A stretch of DNA of 64,000 bases from Christensenella sp. UBA1428 (GCA_002329335.1 DCTY01000072.1:23305-87304), one strand, 5' to 3'. Counted from the first letter of the stretch, positions 10,605 to 18,500 are shown. A program made the numbers and translations. Notes: generated by a model from the letters alone, not told the origin.

Positions 10605-11121
10605 GTATGATCCAATTTCGTCAAAAACAAATTTCCGCGAAAATCCTTGGCACCCCTGTACAGTCCGCCACAGAGGATCTGTGCAAGGGTGTTTTTTATC
10701 CATCGCAACATTTTTCAGATCGTTTGCGGCTCACTAAGCCTGGGTATAACAAGTCAAAAAGAGAAACGCTTACCTTCGGATGCGCAAGGAGGCTTGTCCC
10801 CCGGGAAAGCATAACTTCCGCAGGGCAGTACCGTTACGCTCTGGATAGCCAATAAACGTGCCCCAACCCGAACGCACAGGACAACGCCTTATTACAGTGT
10901 TGCCGCCCACCATAGTATCATCAGAACAGTGGAGCAAATCCAAAGCAGTCGAGCCGAATTTTTATATTTCCTTTTTATACAACAAAAAAACGCCACAATT
11001 ATGTGACGAAACAACAAATTTATCGTTCTTTATGGTTTTATATTACCACAAAATCGAGAAAATTTCAAGTCTTGAACTTTCTAAATCAAAAGTGTATTAA
11101 GAATGCAGGAGGTGTTTGGGG

Positions 11122-12036
11122 ATGGAACAAAAAAGCATGACCGCGCTGATAAGCGCATTTTCAAGGGCATATCATGCATTGAACAATGAAGTGAAGATTT
11201 TCAATGACAGCACAGCAAGGCAATTGCTGACGGATGATGAATTTAATCAAATAGCCAAGAATATGTCCGGCGGAATAGGATTTTTCAATCCGTCATTTAC
11301 AGGCAATCCAAAACAGGCATTAAGGTGGATTGTCGATAATCAGCTATCCCCCTCGCCGCTTGGCAGGGCGGCTTTTGCCGAAAAATCGCTCGAGCGGGCC
11401 ATTTGCACGGGAGCAGAACAATATTTAATTTTTGGCGCAGGCTATGACACATTTGCATACCGGCAGCCATCCTGGGCAGAGACATTGGATATTTTCGAGA
11501 TAGACCATCCATCTACTGCAAAAGATAAACGAGAGCGGCTGCAAAGGGCCGGAATTGCCATTCCCGGCAATGTTCACTACATAGAGGCAGATTTTACAAA
11601 AAGAACATGGAAGGAACCACTGCAACGTCATCCCTCGTTTAACAGGGACAAAATATGCTGCTGTTCGATTCTTGGTGTTGCCTATTATCTCTCAAAGGAA
11701 TCCTTTGAATGGATGGTTTCTTCTATCAGTGATCTTACATCAAAAGGCAGTTCCATTATATTTGATTATCCGGACGAAAACAGTTACACTGAAAAAGCTG
11801 GAGAAAGAGCAAAAAAGCAATTCATGCTGGCTGGCGGAGCAAATGAAAAAATGTTGGCATCCTATTCCTGCTCCGACATCGAGCAGCTGCTTTCGGCACA
11901 TGGGTTTTTGATCTATGAACACCTTGGCCCGCAGGAAATAACGGAACAATACTTTGCGCTCTATAATGAGGCGAATCCCGGAAATCAAATGCGCGCATTT
12001 GACAACACAAATTACTGTCTTGCAGTGCGACAATGA
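11122..12036 (+). CDS. class I SAM-dependent methyltransferase (leucine carboxyl / polyketide O-methyltransferase-like, COG3315 type)
   Basis: N-terminus MTALISAFSRAYH... and the IFGAGYDTF region are typical of this family. AGGAGG lies 9 nt upstream of the ATG, and there is a TTGAAC-17-TATTAA promoter. GC is lower than the core genes by eye. Confidence 0.65.
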   Translation: MEQKSMTALISAFSRAYHALNNEVKIFNDSTARQLLTDDEFNQIAKNMSGGIGFFNPSFTGNPKQALRWIVDNQLSPSPLGRAAFAEKSLERAICTGAEQYLIFGAGYDTFAYRQPSWAETLDIFEIDHPSTAKDKRERLQRAGIAIPGNVHYIEADFTKRTWKEPLQRHPSFNRDKICCCSILGVAYYLSKESFEWMVSSISDLTSKGSSIIFDYPDENSYTEKAGERAKKQFMLAGGANEKMLASYSCSDIEQLLSAHGFLIYEHLGPQEITEQYFALYNEANPGNQMRAFDNTNYCLAVRQ

Positions 12037-12653
12037 ATAGAATCCCCCATCGCAAAAAAGGGCAGCCTGTCGATGCCGTCGCGTTAAGGGGGCGGCAGCG
12101 CTCCGGGCTGTCACCCCTCCTGGTTTGCCACCAGCAGGGCAGATGGCGCCGTTTGAAAGCCGGGTATCCGTCCACTTCAGCCTTAACGGGCGCTGTCTGT
12201 TCTGCGGTTCTTTGCCAATCATTGCCGACTGTAAATGTATCGCTTCAGCCATAAGAGAACCGTTTTTCGAAGTCGAATTGCGTTCCTATGCGAGAATCGG
12301 ACTTTGGATGTTCCGCAAATCAAGGAGCCAAGACTGAAGCATGATTTGTCCAGCCCACTTTTGCCGGATTTATCCACCCTCGCCCATGAAACTGTTTGAC
12401 CAATCCTGCCCCAAATGAGTCGCGGCCTGATTATGCATTGGGGTAATCAACCCACTCTTTGCATAGTAACATTCAGCGCCTTTCATACGACCGCCCTTAC
12501 CAACCCTTTGAAGTACGAAAAGCAATCCCGCCCAACGCCTTGATTCCCGCAGCGCAAGACCGGGCATGACAGCCCCCCTGCCGCAGCCATATGCGCCGAC
12601 CTTCCCGGCTCCGCAAAAATCGCCCCCTTCCTCCTCATCGCTGGATTTTCAGC

Positions 12654-12983
12654 TTACTCTTTGATGAAATTTTTATCCGCATCCGGTATGCGATCCTCAG
12701 ATACATACCGTTCTACCTTCATATGAAGGTCATATTTTTCTCTGAGTTTTGCAATCTGTTTCATCATCGGCGAAGCATGATGGATATCAAGGGCATTTTG
12801 ATTTTCCCAGCGATCAATTAAAAGCAAAGTTTCCGGTTCCTCCATGGGAAAGAAATATTCATACTGAATATTGCCCGATTCCTTGCGGATGTCGCTGACA
12901 ATTCCTCCTGAAACCATTTCTTCAGCAAACTTTTTTGCGTTTCCATTTATCCCGTTATAATAAATATGGATCGTAATTGCCAT
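12654..12983 (-). CDS. antibiotic biosynthesis monooxygenase (ABM) domain protein
   Basis: The pattern MAITIHIYY...LLLIDRWENQNALDIHHASPMM is ABM/quinol monooxygenase-like. Start set to the ATG at 12983, preceded by GGAGGA; the ORF extends to 13097. Confidence 0.6.
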   Translation of the reverse strand: MAITIHIYYNGINGNAKKFAEEMVSGGIVSDIRKESGNIQYEYFFPMEEPETLLLIDRWENQNALDIHHASPMMKQIAKLREKYDLHMKVERYVSEDRIPDADKNFIKE

Positions 12984-13189
12984 CCAATAGTCCTCCGCAA
13001 CTTCAAATTTTGCATTTGTGCTTCCGTCTCTTACAACAGCATTATACAAATCCGCCTGATACTGCAAAAACCTGCATACCGGCTCAGGATATTTCAAGCA
13101 TCAGAACAGAAGCCGGCGCTGGTGCGCGCAAGATTCTGTTCTATATGCGTTCGCAATTGCCCTGACAATAGCGAGAATACCCTTCTCTC

Positions 13190-13201
13190 TATTCCCACTC
13201 G
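13190..13201 (+). repeat. attL core (direct repeat copy 1)
   Basis: TATTCCCACTCG, identical to 22416-22427. Confidence 0.65.
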
Positions 13202-13686
13202 CCGGATTAAATCCATTTCTAAACTTTTTTGTATAGAGGATTTAATTCGTAGTGGTTCCATTTGATACAGATTATCCTTATCCTATGGTCTATCCGAAAT
13301 TTTGCTATCAAAAATCTATCACACCCGAACTATCATAGGTAATCCTTGATGCGGCAGTACCGGTGGATTAGATGTATTATAGCATATGATTGGCGGTTTT
13401 TCCAGAGTCTGTTCGATAATTTCATGATACATTATATTTGTTAAAAACTACATCTATTGTTGAAGAGCATTCGCAGAAGAAAGGAAAGACCTATACCCGG
13501 TAATTGCCGGAGGCTGCTTTCACTAATTGTACGGAACCTACGCAGTCATTGAGGCAGAGTATATACCACATTTAATATTGCCAAACTTTTTTAGTGGTTG
13601 TCTTCTATTTCTATCAGCCTATTCCGAAATATTACTCGCTTTTTACGGTTTATCATGGTCTCCTTTGTAACTACTATATATTGGCA

Positions 13687-14268
13687 TCATTCAAGAATTA
13701 CTTTTCCCTGAATTGCACATTCTACTTTTGAAACATCAATATCAAAAAAGTCGCCTGACTGATTATCTGGCTTTAGGATAATCTCTGCATTGTCTATACA
13801 ATAGCGTTTGCACATGATTTCTCCATTAATGCTAAAAATGCCAATATCACCATTTAACAACACATCCACTTGTTTTACCATTACAACAGAACCATCTGCA
13901 ATGGTAGGTTCCATACTTCTACCGGAAATTTTTACGGCATAATCTGCATTTAGGTTATCTACTTCAATCCTCTCAAAGGGAACATTGGCCTGGTCAAAGT
14001 AAAAACCATCTCCAGCACAAGCGGGCCAATCAAATAGCGGAATTATTTTCTTGCTTTTGGAGGTGAACTGTGTTTCATCAATGAAACCAAATTCGTTATC
14101 TTCTTGTTCGTTGTATTGGTCTTCAGTTTTTTCAGGCTCAGGTAATTCTTCCTCAATAGCTTTGAAAATTTCCTTGATCCAATCGAAAATATAGCGCCCT
14201 TTTTTCAATGGATCAGAGGAATTGTCAGAAATTTTGTTTTCAAAATCGATTGCAGATAAAGGCAGCAT
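13687..14268 (-). CDS. LexA/UmuD-type S24 serine autopeptidase domain protein without its own recognizable DNA-binding domain
   Basis: Candidate cleavage site PACAGDG, Ser motif SGRSMEPTI and Lys in GEIMCKRY, preceded by an acidic linker. The first in-frame ATG is at 14268, and the frame is open up to 14355. A 1-nt shift would join it to ORF 14240-14518. Confidence 0.7.
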   Translation of the reverse strand: MLPLSAIDFENKISDNSSDPLKKGRYIFDWIKEIFKAIEEELPEPEKTEDQYNEQEDNEFGFIDETQFTSKSKKIIPLFDWPACAGDGFYFDQANVPFERIEVDNLNADYAVKISGRSMEPTIADGSVVMVKQVDVLLNGDIGIFSINGEIMCKRYCIDNAEIILKPDNQSGDFFDIDVSKVECAIQGKVILE

Positions 14269-14518
14269 TTCTAAAGTGGTGCATCGCCTGCTTACGGAAG
14301 GTTTCACGGCTGTTTTCTGCGTATGTAGTTCCGTAATTGTTGTTGGAAAACGCAATCATATCATGGATGCGAATCCAGCCATTCGTGGCGTTCGCCCATG
14401 CAGTATCTTCCAGTAGGTCAGCCATTGCCAGCAGGACACAGCAACACATACCATTCTGCTGCTTTGCAGGAACCTGTAAGGCATTCAAAATCTCTTTTGC
14501 TTCATCAATTTTGCTCAT
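14240..14518 (-). CDS. fragment resembling the N-terminal winged-helix domain of BsuBI/PstI-family restriction endonucleases (no nuclease domain follows)
   Basis: The 92-aa sequence MSKIDEAKEILNALQVPAKQQN...YAENSRETFRKQAMHHF matches my recollection of that N-domain. It has a 4-nt overlap with the upstream PstI/BsuBI-type methyltransferase gene. Not verified by search. Confidence 0.5.
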   Translation of the reverse strand: MSKIDEAKEILNALQVPAKQQNGMCCCVLLAMADLLEDTAWANATNGWIRIHDMIAFSNNNYGTTYAENSRETFRKQAMHHFRNAAFICNRF

Positions 14519-16002
14519 ACATAACTCCTCAAAATGTTGTCGCAGGATGCCTCCGACATATCTCTGATGCGAATTAACTCTTTTCCCATCTCCTCAATAA
14601 TGCTCATGGGTGGGACGGGCATGGAGTTGATTTCAGTCGAATTAACCTGAGTAGACCCGTTTAAGATACGGTAGTAGCTATCATAAAGTGTAGAATTGAA
14701 CAGAACATAAAGACCATACACAACACACTCTGATAGGTCACGCAATCCACAAATAAAATTGATTTTATTTTGTGTGCTAATCTCGGTATACTCCGGGTGC
14801 TTACGGGCTAAGTACACACCACATTGAAGTCTGCGGCGTTCTTCTTTCGCCGTAAATCGTTTCACAAACAAGTAGTTTGTATTCTTCTGACGGAGACCGT
14901 TTTGCTCAGTGACAATGTATTCATGCTCTTTTCCCACCGGGAAAACCACTTTGCCGTCTTGGATATGTTGAGAATAGAATAGGGGAACAGCTTCTTTCTC
15001 AACACCATCCCGTAATGCTTCACGATTTCTAAAGTCGACAGTCAATCCTGTTTTCATTTTCAGTCCGATGCTTGGCAATGTATCTGCCCAGTTATTCATC
15101 TTGCTTAGTGTTTCAACTTCTTCTGAGTTAGTCACTAAATAGACATAGCGATCTTCACCATTGACTACAGTTGAATAAGGAGCATCGAACACTGTTTTTT
15201 GGGAAAAGTCTGCATTGCTTTGCGTAGTGGTTATTGTAATACTATCGGGTTTTACAGTGGTTTTCTTTACTTTAATAATAATAGTCTCTTGTAAAACACT
15301 CTCCTTTTCAAAAACCTTGTCACGGCTGACAAAGAGGTGGATATGCTCCAACGCACCATCATCTAAAAACTTTTGCCGGAATCTCTTGAAGTATGCTCCT
15401 GAAGTCCAAGAACGGGGAATGATGTATACCATTTCTCCATTGTCCTTTAGATTAAACAAACTCATTGAAGCAAAAAGAAAGTAAAGATTAGGAGCACCGT
15501 AGCACACATCCGGCATTGCCATTGCTTCGGGTGCATCCTTTGGAACTTTCATGTAGGGCGGGTTACCAATCACCAAGTCAAATTTACGAGGATTCAGAAC
15601 GGCACCCAGCATTAAGTTATAGTTATCCATTTGGCTGAGGATGTAGTTGTCAGTGACGATTTGAAAGGTGACTTCCTTGATAGCGTGACTGCATACCCAC
15701 TCTAAGTTGGAACGCAGCAAATCCAACACATTAGGGTCATTTTCATAACATACTAACTCAATTTTTCTAATTGAAGGAACTGCTTGTAGGCGTTCAATAA
15801 GTGCAACCGAAAGAATGCCTGAGCCTGCACCGGGATCAAGCACAGAAATCACTTCTCTTTTTGGGATAGTAAACAATTCTGCCATAAAAACAGCAGTCTC
15901 TTTACTGGTAAAGAACTGCCCGTACTTTTTTCGCAAGGACTTCGGCATTTGCTCGATGTATTCGGTTGTAGATTTTACTACATAATCAATTGTATCTTTC
16001 AT
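14515..16002 (-). CDS. N6-adenine DNA methyltransferase, Eco57I/PstI/BsuBI-like (gamma class)
   Basis: 495 aa. Has FFTSKETAVFMAELF, motif I VLDPGAGSGIL and motif IV VIGNPPYMKV. Confidence 0.85.
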   Translation of the reverse strand: MKDTIDYVVKSTTEYIEQMPKSLRKKYGQFFTSKETAVFMAELFTIPKREVISVLDPGAGSGILSVALIERLQAVPSIRKIELVCYENDPNVLDLLRSNLEWVCSHAIKEVTFQIVTDNYILSQMDNYNLMLGAVLNPRKFDLVIGNPPYMKVPKDAPEAMAMPDVCYGAPNLYFLFASMSLFNLKDNGEMVYIIPRSWTSGAYFKRFRQKFLDDGALEHIHLFVSRDKVFEKESVLQETIIIKVKKTTVKPDSITITTTQSNADFSQKTVFDAPYSTVVNGEDRYVYLVTNSEEVETLSKMNNWADTLPSIGLKMKTGLTVDFRNREALRDGVEKEAVPLFYSQHIQDGKVVFPVGKEHEYIVTEQNGLRQKNTNYLFVKRFTAKEERRRLQCGVYLARKHPEYTEISTQNKINFICGLRDLSECVVYGLYVLFNSTLYDSYYRILNGSTQVNSTEINSMPVPPMSIIEEMGKELIRIRDMSEASCDNILRSYV

Positions 16003-16198
16003 TTGTAAACTCCATTACATCGTCAATACCGCAATTTAGGGCCGCACATATCTTATACAGGCTCTCCATTGAGATAAATTCATTCCGGCCCATCTTTGCT
16101 AACACATTGAAACTTACTCCTGCAACATCTTTCAATTCAGTACGATTCATTTTTTTATCTATTAGCAACTTCCATAGCTTGTCATAATTGGCCGGCAT
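15986..16198 (-). CDS. small XRE-family HTH protein (candidate controller protein of the methyltransferase operon)
   Basis: 70 aa with the HTH MNRTELKDVAGVSFNVLAKMGRNE. It is the first gene of the operon and overlaps the MTase start. Confidence 0.75.
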   Translation of the reverse strand: MPANYDKLWKLLIDKKMNRTELKDVAGVSFNVLAKMGRNEFISMESLYKICAALNCGIDDVMEFTNERYN

Positions 16199-16239
16199 AT
16201 TGACACTCCATTCATCTTCGAGTTCGATAATTCAATAAT

Positions 16240-16275
16240 ATTATAACACAGAACACACTTTTTTCAAGATGTTCT
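16240..16275 (-). promoter_or_regulatory. sigma-70-type promoter with extended -10, plus an inverted repeat bracketing the -35
   Basis: On the minus strand: TTGAAA, 16 nt, then TGtTATAAT. AGAACA(16250-55)/TGTTCT(16270-75) flank the -35. GGAG lies about 9 nt before the ATG at 16198. Confidence 0.55.
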
Positions 16276-16313
16276 CACGAAATCATGAGTATAGTGCCTG
16301 ATAAAATGAGAAA

Positions 16314-16346
16314 CCACCCGCAGGAGCTTGATGCCCCCACGGGCGG
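16314..16346 (-). terminator. strand-specific terminator after the DUF6061-like gene
   Basis: 14-bp stem that is complete only on the minus strand (four G-U pairs), followed by UUUCUCAUUUU. Confidence 0.55.
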
Positions 16347-16354
16347 CAGGGTAT

Positions 16355-16606
16355 TTAGCTATCCAGCGGCTTGTATTCGGTAACGGCTTTCAAATATTTC
16401 TGTGGGTCGTCGTTGAGAATCAGGTCGGCGTATTCCAGAGGAGCATTGTAGATCAGCCAGTCCATCTCTGACCGCTGGTACATATTATCTGCAACCTCGT
16501 TTTCCACGGCAGTGCAATCAATTGAGATCATCGTACCATCGGTGTAGAGCAGCTCCACGCAAGCGGTGTCCATATTGAACTCACAGGACAGGATTTTCAT
16601 TGTCAT
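16355..16606 (-). CDS. hypothetical protein (DUF6061-like, common on clostridial mobile elements)
   Basis: 83-aa ORF in the operon context. The family assignment is from memory only. Confidence 0.5.
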   Translation of the reverse strand: MTMKILSCEFNMDTACVELLYTDGTMISIDCTAVENEVADNMYQRSEMDWLIYNAPLEYADLILNDDPQKYLKAVTEYKPLDS

Positions 16607-16895
16607 TCCTCCTCAGATTTTGGGTGTGTTTCTTGGCCAGATCACTGGCGGCTTTCCGGCGTTCCTCTGTGTAGGGGGCAGTCAGACGAAAACCGAACCG
16701 TCCTTTTTTGACTTCAAAGCTCATGCAGCCTTGACCGTCATCATCAACAATACGGCATTCCTTGGGATAGAGAGAGGCGAACTCGGACAGTCTGTTTTTG
16801 AGATCGGTATTATAGGTGCAGACCTCAATCATATTGCTGTTCTCGTCGAAAAAGATGCTGGTGGTTTTCTGCTTCTTGGAAAGACCTGTTTTCAT
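16581..16895 (-). CDS. hypothetical protein
   Basis: About 104 aa starting from MKTGLSKKQK, and overlaps the next gene. No motif recognised. Confidence 0.45.
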   Translation of the reverse strand: MKTGLSKKQKTTSIFFDENSNMIEVCTYNTDLKNRLSEFASLYPKECRIVDDDGQGCMSFEVKKGRFGFRLTAPYTEERRKAASDLAKKHTQNLRRNDNENPVL

Positions 16896-17041
16896 AAAGC
16901 ACCTCCACATTTTACAATTTTTTATGGCTTTACAGCCGTGAAAGTGAGTGGTTTTTCCGATGGAGAACGTCCGAATGATGCATAAGTCATTCAGAGCGCT
17001 CCCACCGGATTTTTTGCGTTTTTCACGGTTCTACACGGGAT

Positions 17042-17863
17042 TTACCGGACATCGCTTCTGCTGTGGATTTTACTGCGTTTCGGGCTGAAAAGATGCCAGA
17101 GATTATTGCGCTCAATAGTCGTTTCGTAGCTGCGAATTTTCGACCGCAACTGCTCGTTTTCAACTTCCAGCCCATCTGGATGGAGCTTCCTATGGATAGA
17201 TCGGTACTCAGTCAATTCAGCGGTCAGTTCAGAGATTTTTGCCTTTAACGCTGCAATCGCTTTATTGGCGGCCTCCAGCATTTTTTGAAGCTGATGTTCC
17301 TTCTTTTCTTGCATGGCATATTTTTTAGCCGCTGTAGCCAGACTTTCAAACTCAGAGCGTTCCAGCATGACCTTGGCGGACAGCGGCACAGACTTCGGCT
17401 CAATTTTGTCTACTGCTTGGACTGCAACCTGTTTCTTCTGGATTTTCTCAATTCTCTTTTCCAGTGAAGCGGCCTCCTGCGCCTTTTGCACTGTCTGCTC
17501 GGTGAGATTGGCAAGCCGTTCCTGTTCTTTCTCAACCTTAAATTGGGTCACGGTCAGATGCTCCTCGGAGCTGCCTCGCTCTCCTCGTTCCACATCGGTG
17601 TAGCCAGCGGAGCGCATGGCGTTATAGAAATCGTCCTGCAAAACCGAGTAGGATTTTCTGAGAACCTTTTTTCCTTTTTGGGTCAGCAGCGGCCTTCCGT
17701 CTTCGCCTAGGGCGGGCTTGGAATCCCACTTTTTGCTCATGCTGACTTGAGTGATTGTTTCCTTGACGCTTCCCACCAGCGATTTATCCTTACACCGTTT
17801 CGACCAGAGAATTTGTTTCTCTACCACCGGGATGTAGACAACATGGAGATGGTACGGCTGCAA
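17042..17863 (-). pseudogene. MobV/Pre-family relaxase, 5'-truncated (lacks about the first 120 aa, including motif I)
   Basis: The ORF begins inside the His-rich motif III (…PYHLHVVYIPVV, compare HxDExxPHxH), followed by the typical GERGSxxxH and a coiled-coil tail. The only start is a TTG, and there is an in-frame TGA at about 17919-17921. Confidence 0.65.
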
Positions 17864-18154
17864 AGTATCGTGGGCTCTCCGAGGGGGTATGCGGCTCCTG
17901 CGGGAGCCTCCCGCCTTTCATGGCTTGCAGGTGGTACCCACAACCCATAAAATTCGGCGTGGTCAGCAACTGGTTCGCAGCTCATTTCTGCTCACCATTT
18001 ACCGCCCACTGGCAGAGAAACTTCCCCGAAGTCTCTCTGCCGTCCGCTTCCATATTTGCGAATATTCCAGCGGGGACGGGGGATGCGAGGGGCTTGCCCT
18101 GTCACCCAATCCTTGTGCCTTGTCTGCCAGAAACAGGAGCGTGCCACGCTCCTG
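17864..18154. other. GC-rich, hairpin-dense non-coding segment (candidate structured RNA or ssDNA element)
   Basis: Four or more strong hairpins at about 18133-18155, 18045-18072, 18011-18041 and 17893-17908. There is no convincing ORF, and GC is higher than the neighbouring element genes by eye. Confidence 0.35.
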
Positions 18155-18409
18155 TTATCTCTCCCAAGGTGAAGTAGTCCAGCGGTAGCTCTCCGGCACA
18201 CCACGGCGGTCAAGGTACTCCTGCCGTGCCTGTTCACGCTGCTCCTCGGTGAGGGCGGTCTTGTACCGGGAATAGAGCTGGCGATTCAACATGGCGTCCA
18301 GTTTCTGCTCCAAACCCTGCCGGATTTCTTCGTCAAAATCTTCTTCGCCGTTCAAGTGGTACAGCACCAGATCAACAAACAGGTCATAGGAAATTTGCAC
18401 ATTTTTCAT
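18155..18409 (-). CDS. hypothetical protein (small acidic/helical, mobile-element associated)
   Basis: 84-aa ORF MKNVQISYDLFVDLVLYHL...EYLDRRGVPESYRW. Confidence 0.5.
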   Translation of the reverse strand: MKNVQISYDLFVDLVLYHLNGEEDFDEEIRQGLEQKLDAMLNRQLYSRYKTALTEEQREQARQEYLDRRGVPESYRWTTSPWER

Positions 18410-18427
18410 TCGCTTCCATTCCTTTCC

Positions 18428-18500
18428 GTGACGGTCGTGACGATGGTGACGGTGTTTGAGATACCATCAAAATCACCGTCACGACCGACACCATCGTCAC
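18428..18500. repeat. iteron-like array: 3 direct plus 3 inverted copies of a 9-bp unit GTGACGnTn
   Basis: GTGACGGTC GTGACGATG GTGACGGTG, a 19-nt AT-rich spacer, then CACCGTCAC GACCGACAC CATCGTCAC. The last unit overlaps the stop of the AAA ATPase gene. Confidence 0.6.

Noticed and set aside
10858-11100. 80-aa plus-strand ORF upstream of the SAM methyltransferase
   Set aside because: It spans promoter-like AT-rich DNA, has no RBS and has an implausible sequence.
12370-12385. Degenerate att-like sequence (CGAGGGTGGATAA versus the guaA end CGAGTGGGAATAA) as the boundary of an older insertion
   Set aside because: Similarity is limited to about 10 of 13 nt and does not extend into the preceding guaA-like sequence, so it is compatible with chance.
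17864-18180. Group II (or group I) intron interrupting the relaxase gene
   Set aside because: No upstream exon encoding the relaxase N-terminus exists. I could not find a domain V-like 34-nt helix with an AGC triad and GNRA loop, and about 300 nt is too short for a group II intron. A degenerate group I-like fold cannot be strictly excluded without a covariance-model search.
17992-18237. 81-aa minus-strand ORF inside the structured block
   Set aside because: Arg/Gly/Trp-rich with no RBS. It overlaps the end of the 84-aa gene and is better explained as non-coding structured sequence.
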